Positions 1 to 14,186 of a stretch of 64,000 nucleotides of DNA are shown piece after piece. A program made the position numbers and the translations under genes. The notes under the pieces were generated by a model that was not told where the DNA came from, ran no database searches, and saw nothing but the letters and a program-made list of their open reading frames with translations. This DNA comes from Octopus bimaculoides (lineage: Eukaryota), in assembly GCF_001194135.2 (NCBI RefSeq), contig NC_068981.1, forward strand, positions 14,460,163 to 14,524,162, given 5' to 3'. Numbering within the stretch: the first letter of the stretch is position 1; the number at the start of each line of letters is the position of its first letter.

Positions 1-2810
1 ATATATATATATATATATATATATACACTCACATACATAATACTTATCTGTGTACACAGGTGTTTTTAAGCAATTTGGTTACAAACTATATTTGTCTGCA
101 CGCGTGCAAAACGTTACAATTTGTAGTATGCATATATATATCTGCTTTCTTAAGCCTTCCTTTTATATCAAACATGGTAGTGAATCAATTGGCATTGCAA
201 ATCCGTTTGGGGCTGAACCATCCCAAATAATATCAGTAAACATAGCCATTTATTATTGTTTGAAATGTAATACATGTTTATTTGGTGAAGAAATTCTCTT
301 CGTTATGTGTTCAGTGTCCTTACATCGGATCCAATAATACTTTCTTAGTGGAATGTGCAGATGGAAGCTGCATAGAAGCTTGTCGTGTACATAACTGATT
401 GTATTCTGTATATAAATCGACGAATTAATTTTCGGAGTTCTGAAACCTCACTTCTCTTAAATATTTTTTTGTACACCGCGTTACGGATTACTCTTTTGTA
501 AACATCACAACGCTAACTGCACTACAGCAATGGTTGATCAGTTGGGAGTCTGTAACTCACGAGGATATTGATCACCAAGTAAGAAAATGGATTAAAAAAA
601 TATCTATAACCCGTCCGGTACGAATAAGAGAAAATAACATTTACGAAAATCTACGAACATTTTGTAATATCTTTCTATGGCAGTACATGATGCGCTGCGG
701 GGTGTTTAATCATCAGTAGACATAGCATCTATTGTTGTTACCTTTAATAACAGCGGCGATATTCAGTTGACGATCGGTGTGTGTCAATTCCTAGGTAGTA
801 GCGTGAGATAATACTTTGGATTTAGCCAGAGAGAGCTACACATGCTCAAATACATGCATGTTCATACACATACACAATTGCATTTGATAATGTGTAAACT
901 CCTATAGATATCATTACATTTTTGCATAACACTCTTGAAGCATATGCAATAGTAAGTTGTATTAGACTTCATTTTTGAAGATATAATCGAAATTTCCAAT
1001 TTGACTACATTTTATTGTTTTCTTGTTTTTTTTCCGTGTCTCTGCAAAGTGTTTTTTACGATGTCAATGCTTTGAGTGAAAAGTCACTCATTTACAAAAT
1101 ATAGATAAGATAAAAAATTACATTAATACAAAGTATTCACTTCATCACGTTTTTTCCTTGCTACCTCAAATTCTGATTAAGAAATGCATTGACGTATTTC
1201 TTCTATGAATTTATTTTTAAATATTAGTTGGTTACTACAAATCAGTGAATGACGCTTTGCATAGAAAATAGCTGAATAATGTTTTTTAATAAACGTTTCT
1301 CCAATGTTGATGGTTGATAAATTAATATTGACCCCGCTACCAGACGTCAACTGTACGTTGCTTAATACAAATATTGGAGAACCTTTTTTTCAATCTACTA
1401 TTTTAATGTATATCACTAGCTAGTCAAATAAAAGTATGAAAATTCTACCCGTATTTGTTTTGAACATAAACTAAATACAAAAAAGAGACATATGAATATT
1501 GAATTGAAGATGGATCCATTTCAGCGTCGATACTGCCAAACATTATCGCAAAAATAGAAAGAATACGCATAATTTTTATGATATTCGTATTTTAAGGCAT
1601 TGAATTGTGCAAAATATATTTAGAGAGACGAAAAACTGCAGATAAACCAATATTGCAATGTTTCTTCAACGTCATGATTAAATACGAAAATTGTGGTGCA
1701 AAGGATAAAAAAATATAGCATCAGGAAATGGTCACATGTTCAATGCAAATGAAATTTGTCAGCTCTAGACAACATATGTTTCTTCTTCCCATCTCCTGTT
1801 TTATAGCACGTCTTATACTCGTTGAGTAAAACTACAGATTGTTTACTTATACACAGGATGAGCAAATATACCACTTTAATACTGTGATAACGTTTCCTGA
1901 CCGGATTCTTCAAGTCATGTGCATATGGTTGAGAAAAGTTGCTTTAGTTGAAGCTTAGCTAACGACTAACTTTCGTATATCCAACTTCAGAAGTAATTAT
2001 GTTTTATATCTTTCACTGTTCATGACTTCTCCTTATCACGTTCAAGAGCAAATGTTATTCAACATATTATTTTCCGTATACACAGCTTACTATAATTCCT
2101 TTCTAAAATTATCTTGAACTTTAATCTAAAATTGGTACTATATTTTACATGCTGGTAATTTAACTAAGATAATAGTGTATAGTTTTTTTTTTGTTAAGGT
2201 ATGTACTGAATGTCGTTCATCCGACGTCCTTAATATACACTGCCAGTGAATTCGAATAAATAGAAGGATACTGGTGGTGACAGGCTTTTTCCAGTAACGA
2301 AAATGCAGTTGAATATTTGCTGATGTTCAACAAGAAGTCAAATGTAATTAAGCTGGTATTTCATAGAAACCTTTCAGCAGTGTATAGCTTGTCTTTTTAT
2401 CGATGGTTTCAATTCGTAATTTAAGGGCTTATTGACTGTTGATACTGGCATGATCAATGATTAGAGATACATTCTCTTGGCAACGTGTTAAATAGCTGTC
2501 ACGTTGCAAACATTTGCGTTTTATAGAATTTAATCCAGTAAAAACAATTTTGAGTCCAAACAGGTTATAACGGAAAAATAATCAAATAGTTATTAGATAT
2601 ATTACTACAACAAATTAGACTCAATGAAGAATCCACGGTACCACTGCGATGACCTCTACCATTTTCTCCATTATAGGCATAAACATTAGCAGAAAGCATG
2701 CATACGCACTAACCTAACCGAGGANNNNNNNNNNNNNNNNNNNNNNNNNNNNNNNNNNNNNNNNNNNNNNNNNNNNNNNNNNNNNNNNNNNNNNNNNNNN
2801 NNNNNNNNNN

Positions 2811-2850
<40 letters not shown>

Positions 2851-4599
2851 ATCAATATGCAACTAACGTTACATTAAAAGTGCATCACTAGAACGATGCC
2901 AGATTTAATACTGTTGGGATCGAAAAGTCATTGATTTTATTCTAAATGAATTGATTGCGTTCTTCTAATTCCTTCTGCAGCCTATATGTCAATGATTCAT
3001 GCATTCCCAACAGCATTATCGGATGTAATATGTCTCTCTATATATATATTCAGAGCGCTACTATCGACCTAGTTATTCATTTACTGTATATTTTGTTCTA
3101 TATTTCTAACATGCTCTAAACGAATATCGTTTTTTGAAAGTCGAATGAATGACAGCTACCTAATTTTCATATAAATTACGTCTTTTACTGCCAGTTATTT
3201 GTTTGGGAATGTATTCCTTCTTTTTAAATAATGTATTCCTGTTTATTCTCCAGAACATGAATACTATTCTGGAAAGCAAGCTTCACCGCATATATCATGG
3301 TTACATAATTCATTTGGTTTTTTCCTTCTCTAATTTTCGCGAATATCAAAACAAAATAATATCCATCTATACGTTACATTAAGGAGAAATCCCAATCTTC
3401 TATAGGTTCCTGCATTATAGGTGATTCAGTAGATGTGATGACAAGTATTTAACGTAATTCTATGTTCTACGATATTATATTAACTCAGATTATTGGGCTC
3501 ACTAATCTTAAAGAAAAGTTTTATGCATGAAATGGAAACCAAAAAAAACAAAAAAAATTGTTTGGTGCTTCTTATTTCACAGATTATTTAAATTATATAA
3601 GAACTCGCATAGGATCTACTTAAACCAAATTGGGGACACAAACTAACATTGTAAACCTTAATTTAAGACATCTAGGAAATATCCCGAGGTTTAACAGTAA
3701 AATTTTTATTGAAGTGTATCACTTTTAAGACTCGATGCGCAGATTCTATTAGTCATTACAATATACTAGCCATTTTGTGTGACAAATCAGGCCACCATGC
3801 TGCGAGGAAAGTGAGATTCCTAAATTAATTAAACATAATTTGATTAATTGTCTTTAAGAATGAATTATATCAGTTTAATTGATCCTATTGGACATATTTA
3901 TGTGTTTATTGATTATATGAAGTGAAACCAACGAATAAAACACAAACATGTTCTCCAAAGAATAAAAATAGCAAATTTGTATCAAAAGTCAGAGATTACT
4001 CTAATACCTAACATAAATAATAGTGGTTTTTGAAGTAGAGGGCAAGAGAGACTGTACATGTGCGTTTGAGTATATTCGAGTATATTATACATCCATGATG
4101 AACTCGCATTGGGTACATGTTATTTACATTAACTTCTGATTGATGCATACATGGACATAATTTCTCAGCAAAGGAGATATTAACAAATCATTAAATCATT
4201 AATAGTTATACAACTGCCGTATCTATCAGCCCGTAGCATCTGTATGTCAATACAGATTGGCAAATATTACATCTTCCTACGCTGTAACGTCATGTAGAGT
4301 TTGTTTTTTATGACCTACTGTAAGCCGGCCAGTATTCATGATCTGTTTATTCACGTTAACTTCAGATTAATGCACACTCGGACATTATATTTCCTTATCA
4401 TCCTACATTCTAGTAATTACATAATTGTACTTTGGTCTACCTTATTTGTTTAATGATACCCTATGAAAAAACAATATCCATCTATTTATACTAACAATAG
4501 CGATAAACCTGCCCAGCAATCATCCAATTTAACACAGCTGCCTATATTGCAGGCCATTCAATAGATTTAGTACCGTAATTTTCTTTACGAATAAATCTT

Positions 4600-7500
4600 G
4601 TATTTGCTTAATTAATTCCGTTTGATATGTGTATGTGCGCACATTTATTGATTATATGCATTGCTTTAACTTCATCTCTTGATAATTGTGTCGCTTTCAA
4701 CGGATTCATTTATGTTGCAAGCATTCGGAGTCGTTATCCCGGTTCCTTCATACATTTATCCCATTCGAACTTAGAGAGGCAAATAAGTCGTCTGAAAGAA
4801 ACCCTTGGATGTTGTCTGTCGAAGGTACTTGGATGTGGTTGTTATGCAAACGATGGCATGACTGAGAAAAGGCAATGTCCGGCAAGTGAAAAGACATAAA
4901 CACAAGTGGTAGGTGTAGTCTTTCTTCTCTTCAGTAGCAATCCATATTGTAGTGCTTCCATCAGTAACAATCCGTAGTTATATTAAGTTAAAGTCGGTTT
5001 ATTGCATGCTGTTTGTAACTTCTCTGAGATAATGTGACGTATTCTTTCAGAAAATATAACTTCACAGGGGACGACCTATATCCATATCATATGAATTGTG
5101 GATGTTGATTTCAGCATACCTTGCTGTGAGATATTGGTCCTGTACAGGATATTGCATTAAGGAACGGTTTGGTTAGCCAGGTAAAAAAATAGCTTTACTT
5201 TTATAGAGTCGGTACAAATATTACACGTCTAAAAGTAGGTATTTATTGCTGTTCCTCATATTTCCCTTATGTCCCATCAGTACGTGAGTTTTTATTGATG
5301 ATGTGGATTTAAAATGAGGTTACACGAAATATCCAATTATTGCACCCTTTGTTTTTGTTTTGAACTGAGCTTCAATCTTAGCAACGTTATCAACTGCCTT
5401 CTTAAGTTTTTCATTCACTCGTGTTTCGTATCACATCAAGGCTTTCGGTTGATTACTCTTGTGTGCATTGATTATAGTTCACTATGCTTGTGAGTATTGA
5501 TTTTGGTTGATTGTGCAGTACGTGCTTCATGTCTTGTATTACAGACTGGAGTCAAAATCTGTTCCGTCCCTCTCATACTACAGAACCTTTATACTGTGAC
5601 TGAGGGTTAAGACGTTTTAATGTTTCCAGTAGTAATCTTGCTATGGAAATGAGTTTCGATATTGTCCGGTTCTGAAAATCTAATCTTCATTTCCTATTTC
5701 TTTGAGCATTGCTTTCATGCACACATATTTTTCATCTAATTTTATGTATTTAGAAAAGGCTGCATCGCCTAGCTCTTGTATAGTCTATTTACTGTTATTA
5801 TTTCATTCTTGCATTTTCTTTGTACAATTGATATTAATGGAGTTGCTAAATTTCGTAACAGTATACGGTAGACACTCAACTTAGGGGAGGGGAACTTGCA
5901 GTTTACAAGGCATCTTATCTTCTCCTAGTCGAACTAACATTATTATTACTGCTATATTTTATGGCAGTACATAGGCACTTGAGATAATTCTTATAATTCT
6001 ACTTTATAAAAGGGTAGACGTAAAGACCCCATTCGGTCACGGATCACCATGAGATTGCACGTAGTTATTTCCACTCCAAAGCAGTCCAGGCAAGGTTGTT
6101 TCGGGGAAGAGCAGCAGTCACCCAAGCATACCACCCTCCCCTCTCCATGCCACCACTGTTTTCTGAGGGGAAGGCAAAGGACGATACAGCTTTGCACCTG
6201 TGACTTCGTATCTCTTTTCCACAGTTTAGCAACTGGTGGAATGTGAAATAAAGTGACCTGCTCAAGAACATAACACACAAACCTATCCGTGAATCGAATT
6301 CACTACGTAACGATTGTGAACCTGACACCGAAATTCTTGTTCAAATGACATTAACGTCCTTTCTACATTGTTTTGGCAGTGCTCAGCAGACTATTACTGG
6401 GCAATAATGAAGCTTATGATGTTAGGTCATACACGAAGAAACGTGTTTGATGAACCTAGCTATCCCTCTTATGCATGTAGTATACAGCATTTTCTTCGTT
6501 GCACAAACCAAATGCAATGAACATCACTAATAATGAAGAGTGGACATATTCCTGCCTTGGGATATTTAATTTCAGCGAGATTGGTGTTTAGTTTCTATTT
6601 TGAAGGAAGGGGAATCAAACAAAGATTATTTGTCTAGTATTCATTGTCTACTTTTCATTAATTTACTGATTCATGTTCTCCTCAAATACATGTTTGGCTT
6701 ACCAGACAAAGTGTCCTTGCTTTCTTTTTATTTGGTGTTATGTTTTATTATGATCTTTGATTTCAAGACAATGCACAGCTCTATGCGATGTCTAATAGAT
6801 TAACATTACGCTGTACATGATCATTACGTATTAGTACCACTTTCTGTTTTGTTACATATTTGTAATGATCCCAATGTTGTCGGTTATGTATTTGTATGTT
6901 TTTTCTCTGAAGTTAAACAAGGTCCCAAATTTTATGATATTTGTTTTTCAGTTCACTACACACTGGTTATCGTTATATCTAGGTTTTGCACCTTTGGATT
7001 TCATTTCTTCGACAAATGTTTTATCTGGTCTGTTAGGATCAATACTTTAATTAGGAAGCAGTTCCGTTCCTGGTGGTCAGAGACAAACATGTACGACCAG
7101 TTACCGCTGATATTCTGTCGGCGTTGATTGTTTTTATTAGTGTATGGCTACTCTAATATTTTGAAACATGTGCTTGTGTGTATTTACATCTCCTCTTCTC
7201 AGTTGATTGTTAATATCTTTTATTTATGAAAGTCTCAATTCTCCTATGTCTGTAAATGAATTTTCAGTTAAAACCGAATAACAACTAAGAATGTGGAAAA
7301 CTGATTCTCCAAACGTCGACGTTACGTATTGTGTAGTTATGTTAAGCTTCATAAAAGGATTCTGTAAAGCCTTTGCGGAAAGGTTTTATCCTGTCTCAGT
7401 CAAGATTACTCCTGTCTTGGTTGTGGGGAGTATACTTGAATGCAACGATTTCATCCTCCATTTCCTGGTTTCTCAATTATTTATCATGCATGTGATTTTT

Positions 7501-7600
7501 GACAATGGTTTCAGCTTAACATTATATATTCTTGTTTTGAGCTTACTTTTTATTTCTTCCGACATTCCTCTCGTTTCGCTTTTCAAATGTGTGATATAAA
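4600..7600 (-). mobile_element. Highly degraded RTE-clade LINE (APE + RT ORF2 fossil)
   Basis: Broken minus-strand motifs occur in the expected order: RCIQVYSPQ (APE YAP motif, ~7430), *EG*LGSSN (KKGDL..NYR-like, ~6460), DGTDFD / VIQD (~5560), AVDNVAK (FADD-like, ~5410), NKYL (FKYLG-like, ~5240) and LAGHC (~4880). Many stops and frameshifts; SINE inserted at 6015-6329. Confidence 0.55.
6015..6329 (-). mobile_element. tRNA-derived SINE (family C), head eroded, nested in the RTE fossil
   Basis: Minus strand has a B-box-like GAATTCGATTC, then GTGTTATGTTCTTGAGCAGGTCACTTTATTTCACATTCC (central SINE-domain-like), and a tail ending GGGGTCTTTAC. Resembles octopus SINE sequences as recalled. Confidence 0.72.
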
Positions 7601-9656
7601 AGCAACTGCTTTGCAATTGTTGTTATGTTGGGTTTGTTTTATTTTTTGTATTTCTTCTATTCTTTTATAAGACATCTGTATAGTGCGACAGTAGCTATTC
7701 AATAAGCTTTCTAATTACATAAGTCCTCTCCCTTCTCGTATTCTTGCGATATATATTTATAATTGTGAAACATGGGGCAGTTTATTCTAAATGATGCCAT
7801 TATTATTTTTTTTCCTCTGTAGACTTACCAGCACATTTAGTGTTCATTTTGGTATACCATAATTATGAGACTTCATATTTATTTATATGCATTTTCTTTT
7901 TTCACTGTTTATGCTCACGTTTCATGAAATACATTTAGAGTATTGCTTGTTGAATTTCTATTTCATTTGAGTTCTGCCTTGCTCATCAGATCTCAGATAC
8001 ATCAAGAACTTCTTAAAACCTAAGATATATTTTCTCGTGTTATCCATCTCCCATTAAAATAGTCTCGCCACTTGTTTCGAATGCCAATCTTAATAATTCC
8101 TCTATGAAATCGTGTTTTTACAGCAACGTATCAAGTTACTTAACAAAATTATTCAGTTGAAGGTACAACCAGCACTTAGATTTAAGTTCGCTTCAACATC
8201 AATATTCGATGCCGTGAGTGGAGCTCCGGCACGAAGTGTTTGCCATAGCTTCTGCTCGCATTCAGCTGATTTAGGTTAAACAATCACAGAAATTCAATAA
8301 ACCTGTTCAGTTGATGAATCAAAAGCGATCGAGATCCATATGATTTTTTTTTTTTGTATCACAGTCCAATCTAGTTTACCTTGTGCTTGAAAGTGTTTAT
8401 GCATAACGAAAAGAAAATGTATTGAATATCATTTCGTAATAGTTTTTTTTTTTTTTTACATTTTGGTGCCTTGTTACAATATGCAGAACAGCTTGTCTTA
8501 TATTCATAGCGTATTTAAATTATCTGCGTATTGTTTACTCTTTCCATGCTTAGAAATATTTTCAAGATTTCTTAGAAAAAGTATCTTTTTAACAGATGTT
8601 TATTTTTTAGGATATCATTGTAATTGAAGCTTCTTAATCGGCAGAAAAGTAAATTTATTTATAAGGTCTCTTTCTAATTTTGGAATTCTTTCTCTCACTG
8701 AATTAAAGTTACTTTGTACTCGTTTCCATAAGTATCTCATTAAACATCTAGGCTATCAGATTAATGTCACTGTTGAATATTGTTTTTCGTTTTAGTTAAG
8801 CCAAATCTTGTTATGTTATAGCCTACCACGATTGCTGAACAACTGTAATTGGTTGTGAAATTCCCTTCTGCATGTGGTAATTTATTCGCAGTCCATAACC
8901 CTGCCGCATATTCTTTTATTCGATGTATTTCTATGTTGCTTTTTATCTAGTTTTTGATCAGATCGTTTGAGGTTGGTTTTGTGTTTTCAATGAATTATTG
9001 TTGATTTTTGTATCGGTAGATTTTCAGAAATCTAGCGATATCTCTTGTTTCAAGGATTACGCTTGAGAAATAGTTTCTCTTATTTTCTAACGATATTTCT
9101 ACGCTGTTATTTTCATGTCGTTAACTTGTATATTGATATTTCTGATTGAGTATATCTGAGAGATTACCTCCTGCCCTCTGTAAATATTTTTTTAAAGCTG
9201 GTGACATTGATGTTTCTGACTTCTTTCATTGATTCTGATTAGCTAGGGCTGTGCAACTTTGGATACAATTTTATCTTTCTGTTTTACATTTGCAATGAAT
9301 GCCCACTTGCCTGTAAGAATGCCTACAAGTTTTAATTATTCAGTAAGTAAAAGTTTAGATTACCGTTTTCGACATTTCCAACTTTAAAATCTTTCTATTT
9401 TTACATTTCCTTCACATTCCCTCATTTACATTTTTGTTTGATAAATTTTCAACAAGTGTTCTAAGAGTTTTGTTTGTTCATTCTATCTTGTTGTACGTTT
9501 ACCTTCATGATTTACATTCACATTGATTATATTTTCTTCGTTTGTTTTATGTTCATTACGTGTGTATTTATAGTTTTGTATATACTTTGAAATTCAAATC
9601 CCCAAAGCAACTAATCCGTGAGCTCTTGGAAGTTAATAAATTATGACCTTAACACT

Positions 9657-9770
9657 GGCGTGGCTGTGTGCTAAGACGCTTGCTTCCCGTCCACATGGTT
9701 TCGGGTTCAGTCCCACTATGTGACACCTTAGGCTGTGTCTTCCACTATAGCCTTGGGTAATAATGCCTTT
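9657..9770 (+). mobile_element. tRNA-derived SINE (family A), 5' head fragment
   Basis: GGCGTGGCTGTGTG (A-box-like) ... GGGTTCAGTCCC (B-box-like); homologous to the copies at 16721-17037 and 61158-61592. Confidence 0.75.
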
Positions 9771-9810
9771 AGCAAGACTACTACTTTTGTTTATATAACT
9801 GTTACAATAA

Positions 9811-10075
9811 TCGATTTTATTTTATTCCCCAGGGGTATAAAGTGTAAAGCTGACTTCAGAGGTATCTGAATTCATTCGCTATTGAAATATTGTCTGGAAT
9901 TGTGGGGAGAGGCCAGTAAATTTAGAAGTGCAGTTTTACTTGATTAAATTGAACTCAGTGCTTGTCTGGGGTCTGCTTTATTTTGTCGACCTTCAAGGGA
10001 TGAATGACATAGCTGAGCTCAACTCGGCGAAAAAGTAAGACAGAAAGCAAAACACCGCAAGACCTTTTGTCCGCT
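9811..10075 (-). mobile_element. Two partial, diverged SINE family B fragments
   Basis: Segments such as TTTATTTTGTCGACCTTCAAGGGATGAATG match the family B body seen at 10143-10347 and 39309-39529. Confidence 0.5.
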
Positions 10076-10142
10076 GATTTAGATATTCTAATAACAACTT
10101 AACAATGATAATATTAATGTATAGTGTCTCTAATAATCCGTC

Positions 10143-10347
10143 CTACTAAAAGCACAAGGCTTGAAATTTGGGAGGGGAGGGGACACGACGTTTACATCGA
10201 CCCTAATGTTTCACTGGCACTTAATTTATCGACCCCGAATGGATGAATGGCAAAGTCGATCTCGGCGAAATGTGAACTCAGAAAGTAATGATGGACGAAA
10301 GGCCGTGAAACATTTTACCCGGTGTGCTAATGATTCTGTCAGCTTGC
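10143..10347 (-). mobile_element. tRNA-derived SINE (family B)
   Basis: Minus strand TTCTGAGTTCACATTTCGCCGAGATCGACTTTGCC...GGGGTCGATAAATTAAGT; collinear with 39309-39529 and 53761-53950. Confidence 0.78.
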
Positions 10348-10407
10348 ATGATTAATATAGTATCATTAATAATAATACGTCAAAATGATATATAGTATTT
10401 ATCTACT

Positions 10408-10578
10408 AGCTTGTATTTCTTCCGGCTCTTTGCCTTCTGGTTTCAAATTCCACCAAGTTTGTTTATACCTATCATCCTTTCGGAATCGGTGAAATAAGTA
10501 CCAGATAAGCACTGGAAACGATGTAATCAACATGCCCACTTCCTCAAACTTTCAAGCCGTGTTCCTATAATCGAGAAT
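10408..10578 (+). mobile_element. tRNA-derived SINE (family B), diverged, inverted relative to the neighbouring copy
   Basis: TTCTGGTTTCAAATTCCACCAAG...TCATCCTTTCGGAATCGGTGAAATAAGTACCAG aligns with the family B body. Confidence 0.65.
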
Positions 10579-10799
10579 TTTGACTATTTTCATTTATAGA
10601 AGTTGCAGCCATGTCTCAACCAGAGACATAAAAGTGCAACAAAATGTTGTATCTTAAGATTCTAAAAGATGTATTGTTATGAAAATGAAAACGAAGAAAA
10701 TAAACTGGTGTCTGTTAAAAAGTAGTCTCGTAATAAAATTTGACTACATTGAACGTGTAAGATTACATCTTCATGGAGAACGTTAAGCGTATAATATAC

Positions 10800-12600
10800 G
10801 AGATATCCATAAATATGACTTATTGCAATTTATTTTAAAGGCGGGCTTCAAGGAATTTGCTCAATACATGTGTTTACTCCTTATATCATTCCATGCTTTC
10901 AAATGCGATGTTCTGATTTCTGTCTCTAAGCCCGTACATTAGGTCAATTTCTAAAGCGTTTTCTGAGACGTCAGCAAGGCTGCAGCATCTGTCAAATGAC
11001 ATTTTTTCAACATTACTTCTTATAATGATAACTCCAGCATTCTAGGCAACTTTGTGATGGAGGGTATAAGTGCGGAATATTGATCAGCGTATGTATGTCT
11101 TTGCAAATATTTTGTTTGCTGCATCCAGATATTATGTGGTCAATTGTCTCTGGATGTTCCATGAACACGCAGCACGATGGAATGCTTTCAAGTTTCAGAA
11201 TATTAATCGGGTAATTCCTAGTGGAAAGGCATTGATCATAAGCAGCAAATATATGTCCCTCACTTTTTGCCTTGAGACGAAAGTTTGTCAGCTTCTGCTG
11301 GGTAAGTGTTTTATCTACATCTGTGTCCTTGTCTCCGGGCTGGTATTTTGCTATTCTGATGCGTTTGTTCCCATTTCTCCTTAGTGAGTGTTCGAGGTTA
11401 GATTGACCGTGTCTTTATTAGCCTTGTAAGTTACAAGACTATTTAGAACGTTTGAACAAAAACAGTGCACTGTTTATTTCTGTGTACAATATTTAGATAT
11501 CAATGAGATTACCATTCATCGATCGGAGTTCACTTAAAAGAACTACCACAGAGACAGGGGTGTTAATATAATCGACAATGCCTTTACCCACAATTTCAAA
11601 TATAGTTTCAATATAAGATATCATCAACGTGGTCTTGATTTTATATTCAGCTATTTTTCGCGTGTTTTCATTTCGCCGCCTAATATATCTAAATATTTCT
11701 GAGAAGTATATATTTTCTTTTGGGAATGTGTAAGTACATTTGTAGATTATATTCCTTTTTGCGTTGTTACGGGGTGGTTTTGTTATTTCTGATTATATTT
11801 TAAAGTGTTACAAGTTATCTAGAACATACGTAATATAAACTGTGTTAATTCATGGAGTCGTATTTCTATTTCGGATGTTCTGTGTGATTAGTGTTATGTG
11901 TTTTAGCCTTGCGCTTTAATTGAAGAGTATATTCACTAGGTTAGATTGCTCACAATATTTGTGTAGAAAGTGAATCTCGTAATTTCTTTGATTTTTACAG
12001 TGTTGGATATCGATTATATAAAAGTATATGTTATATTATTTCACCGTGTGTTGTTTAGAATACGTTATACTGTGGTATAGAATTTGATGGAGAATGCTCT
12101 GCGTCATTCTCTTTTAATTGATGTAACTTTTTCGTATTAGAATTACGATTTTTTTATTCTTTTCAGAGTATCTATTATTTGAGAGGTTTAACGTAATGAA
12201 AAAATGTCTTGCCTCAGATATGTTCTGTGATTCGGCTGGCTAACTTTTGGAATCTCAATGTTTCTTCATAGTTTAAATCGTACCTAATATTTCAGTATTG
12301 TCAGTGTATATCTTATTGCAGCATATCTCTTATTTCAAATTACAAGATCCTGGTAACATCTCAGTTTCTTTGTCATTTCGGGAGCAGTGTTACGAAAGAA
12401 AATGTTTGATTACGGTATTTGTTTTTTCATTTTCAATCTGTATTCATTACATCTCTCCGGTTTGTCTTCAACATATTGTCAAAGTATTACAGGTACATCG
12501 CAAATGTTTGCCTAATCTGATATGGAGCAGGGGGCCTCGTAACAGAAACATTTTGACCAACTTTCTTTCGTATATTTCACACCCCGCATTAATTTATTTT
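10800..12600 (-). mobile_element. Degraded R4/Dong-clade non-LTR retrotransposon (RT, zinc knuckle, REL endonuclease fossil)
   Basis: Open minus-strand stretch ~11310-11070 reads LKAKSEGHIFAAYDQCLSTRNYPINILKLESIPSCCVFMEHPETIDHIISGC, matching the R4/Dong LK.ETEG.I.AAQDQ.L.TRNY...C..C....ETIDH.ISGC signature. Remnant RT motifs lie upstream (HILLY ~12030; PGSCNLK ~12340) and REL-like residues downstream. Confidence 0.72.
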
Positions 12601-13006
12601 GTATATTTCACTCACTGCATTAATCCTATTACACAACATTTGTGCACTCTCAGTTAAACTACATTGCTTCCAAATTTCAGGTTCTGAATTATATCATGAA
12701 AATCTAATTCTGATGCAAGAAACACGCTTAATTATAATATTGCTTTTGCCATATAGTTCCTCTCCTTTAGAGCAAAAGATATATAGTTTTTGCTTATAAG
12801 TAATATTGACAATAAACAGTAGCAGTAAAATGGGAATAATGCAGAACTGTTCGATTTATAATATATCTAATTTTGTATTGCTGGTCTTATGATATCCATA
12901 GATATTTGCAACAAACTCGGTTAGTTACTATCAGGTACAATACGAACAATAAACGTCAGTATCACTTCCATGGACACAGCGATAATTTTATGACATGTAT
13001 ATCAAT

Positions 13007-13072
<66 letters not shown>

Positions 13073-13995
13073 NNNNNNNNNNNNNNNNNNNNNNNNNNNN
13101 NNNNNNNNNNNNNNNNNNNNNNNNNNNNNNNNNNNNNNNNNNNNNNNNNNNNNNNNNNNNNNNNNNNNNNNNNNNNNNNNNNNNNNNNNNTATATGTGAT
13201 AAGATGAACTGAAATCTATAACCATGTAGCTATAGATTCCCTGAAACTCTGTAAAGGTTAATGAAGCTGATGAGAAAATGAGGTGAGACGAATATATAAA
13301 GTGTTATGACTAGCCTTCATAATATAGTTTGTTAAATATTACACTGTATATAGACGGGCTGTATAATCAATACTGTATCTGCCGGGTGATAAAAACTTAT
13401 TTATAATTTATCAGCCGAATCAAGTTTTGTGATAATACTAAAGAATCATCGTTAAATGTTAATATTAATCTCAGTTCTGTATTGCATAGGCAAATAAACG
13501 TGTTTGATGTTAATACTGATGGAAATCAACTTCTACATCTGATTTGGCCTTGCTTGCACCACGGATGCCTAATCAATTTCATGTCTAGACGAAAGTGAGA
13601 ATAAATATATATGTAAATACACGCATAGATAAGGACACACATGCATATATAGCATGGGTTTCGTGCGTATATGTACATGCTTGCTAAACTACTACTTTTC
13701 ATCTTATATACTTAAGCTTAAGTATTGATATAATCAGCTACAATTGTATCTTTCGTTTTATTAGCTTAATGCAGAAGAAAGCATGTTTCAAAGCAGTAGG
13801 GAATTTCAGTTAAGTGCTTGAAAATCTGTAGACTGTGATAGTCCATGCCTCAGTGGGTTCAATTCAATAATGTTGATCTTTGGCCCTCATATACATATAT
13901 GTATGTATGTATCTACCACACGTACAGCATTAAACCTATCGCATATATAAATACATGTATCTATTTATATAGTTATAGTCTCGTTTCAAACTTTG

Positions 13996-14186
13996 GCGCA
14001 AGGCCAGCAATTTCGGGGAGGTGTGTAAGTCGATTTCCTAGAATCTTTTACACAACTGGTGCATATTCCGTCGACTCCCATAGGATGAGAGGGAAAGTGG
14101 ACGTCAGCAGAATTAGAACTCAGGGCATTAAGACGGACGAAAGACAGCTAAGCATTTTGCCCGGTGTCATAAACTTTCTGCCAACC
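13996..14186 (-). mobile_element. tRNA-derived SINE (family B), diverged
   Basis: Plus text GAACTCAGGGCATTAAGACGGACGAAAGACAGCTAAGCATTTTGCCCGG is homologous to 39450-39500. Confidence 0.7.

Noticed and set aside
349-398. Plus-strand TTCTTAG acceptor followed by ECADGSCIEAC, reminiscent of an LDL-A CxDGxCI motif
   Set aside because: The frame stops after 16 codons, the acidic CDG..DC half is missing and there is no convincing donor.
8150-8265. Minus-strand phase-1 candidate exon AECEQKLWQTLRAGAPLTASNIDVEANLNLS
   Set aside because: Weak splice signals, runs into a stop, and lies in LINE-like degraded sequence.
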